Below are positions 62,930 through 64,000 of a stretch of DNA of 64,000 nt, piece by piece (the first letter of the stretch is position 1; each line of letters starts with the position of its first letter). The notes beneath the pieces were generated by a model. It saw only the letters and a list, made by a program, of their open reading frames with translations, searched no databases and was not told the origin of the DNA. The stretch is taken from positions 5,890,001-5,954,000 of the forward strand of contig JAWMAR010000049.1 in the NCBI GenBank assembly GCA_036785375.1, given 5' to 3'. The stretch comes from Leucoraja ocellata (taxonomy: Eukaryota). The translations under genes and the position numbers were made by a program.

Positions 62930-63750
62930 AGATCAATATTTTACCAGGATGTTACCCAGATTAGAGAATAATAGCAAAAAGGACAGGTTGGAGTTGGACA
63001 AACATGGATTGTTTTCTCTGGAACGTCGGGGGTTGACGGGTGACTGGATGAAAATACATTAAATTATGAGAGGCATAAATAGAGTAGATGTGGTCTTTTC
63101 CCCCAAGGTTGAAATGGTAAATCTTTCTCCCCCACTCCTCCCATCCCTCCCTCCACCCTTGTGCTCCACCTGGACTCGCACCAATTTCCTGCCCCCTCTT
63201 CCTCATCCCGCATTCCCTTCTTTGACTTCACAATTCGCAACTCTTCAATCCTTTTGTCTCACACCTTCTGTCGTTTTATCTCTGGCCTTTGTCTACCATC
63301 TGCCAATCGAAACCCCCTTGCCTGTTCATCTATCACCTGCCACGCGTTATCTTGCCACTTCTCCCTTCTCCCCACCACCCCCACCCCACCACAATCAGTC
63401 TGAAAAAGGGTCCTGATCCGATACATCACTTATCCACGTTCTCCAGAGATGCTGCCTGACCCTCTGAGTTAATCCAGCACTTTGTGTCCTTTTTTTTTTG
63501 TAAACCAGCATCTGCAGTTCCTTGTTCAGGGTGAGAGGGGGGAGGTTTCAAGCAAATTTATGAGGCAAGTGTTTTTGCACAGAGCGTGGTAGGTGTCTGG
63601 AACGCGCTGCCAGGGGAGTAGGTAGAAGCGGTTGCAGTAGCAATGTTTAAGAGGCATTTAGACAGACACATGAACAAACAAAGAATAGAGGGATACAGAT
63701 CATGTGCAGGCAGATGAGAACAGTTTAGGCTGGCATCATGGTGGACAGAC
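62930..63750 (+). mobile_element. CR1-like fragment split by a Penelope-like insertion (~63121-63525)
   Basis: CR1 ORF2 sequence stops near 63120 and resumes at ~63526; the insert has a pyrimidine-rich leader, CAGTCTGAAAAAGGGTCCTGATCCGATACATC and the family tail. Confidence 0.7.
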
Positions 63751-63751
63751 A

Positions 63752-64000
63752 GGGCGGCACGATGGCACAGCGGTAGAGTTATTGCCTTGCAGTGCCTACT
63801 GCGCCAGAGACCCGGGTTCGATCCCGACTACAGGTGCTGTCTGTTAGGAGTTTGTGATCGCGTGGGTTTTCTCCGATATTTTCGGCTTCCTCTCACACTC
63901 CAAAGACGTACAGGTCTGTAGATGAATAGGTTTGGTACAAATATAAATTGTCCCTAGTGTGTGCAGGGTAGTGTTAATGTGCGGGGATCGCTGGTCGGCG
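63752..64000 (+). mobile_element. HE1-like SINE, truncated by the window end
   Basis: GGGCGGCACGATGGCACAGCGGTAGAGTT..GACCCGGGTTCGATCCCGACT..CACACTCCAAAGACGTACAGG. Confidence 0.88.

Overview
This is vertebrate genomic DNA, almost certainly from a cartilaginous fish (inferred from HE1-like SINEs and CR1/HER1-like LINEs; a skate or ray is likely). The window holds the 3' ~46 kb of a single + strand gene, USP32 (ubiquitin-specific protease 32). I traced 29 coding exons from 7820 to the TGA at 53404-53406. All intron phases are mutually consistent (4238 coding nt: 2 nt of a split codon plus 1412 codons including the stop). They cover EF-hand, DUSP/UBL and USP catalytic regions (Cys box GNTCFMN, His box GGGHY) and a terminal CaaX (CILQ); the 5' exons lie upstream of the window. 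A ~2 kb 3'UTR ends near AATAAA at 55432. Introns and the 3' flank contain CR1-, L2- and Rex1-like LINE fragments, HE1-like SINEs, Tc1-like ends and two Harbinger-like MITEs. The most interesting non-genic signal is a family of at least 12 short Penelope-like repeats carrying a minimal hammerhead ribozyme core (CTGANGA-stem-GAAA-CGTC). Many are arranged as inverted pairs and several have 14-17 bp target-site duplications. One encloses a tRNA-Thr-like 5' half and another is fused to a CpG-rich ETS-motif VNTR. The gene also has a GC-AG intron and an in-frame alternative donor. No prokaryotic systems or CRISPR arrays are present. Homology and repeat-family calls are from recall, not database searches, and repeat boundaries are approximate.
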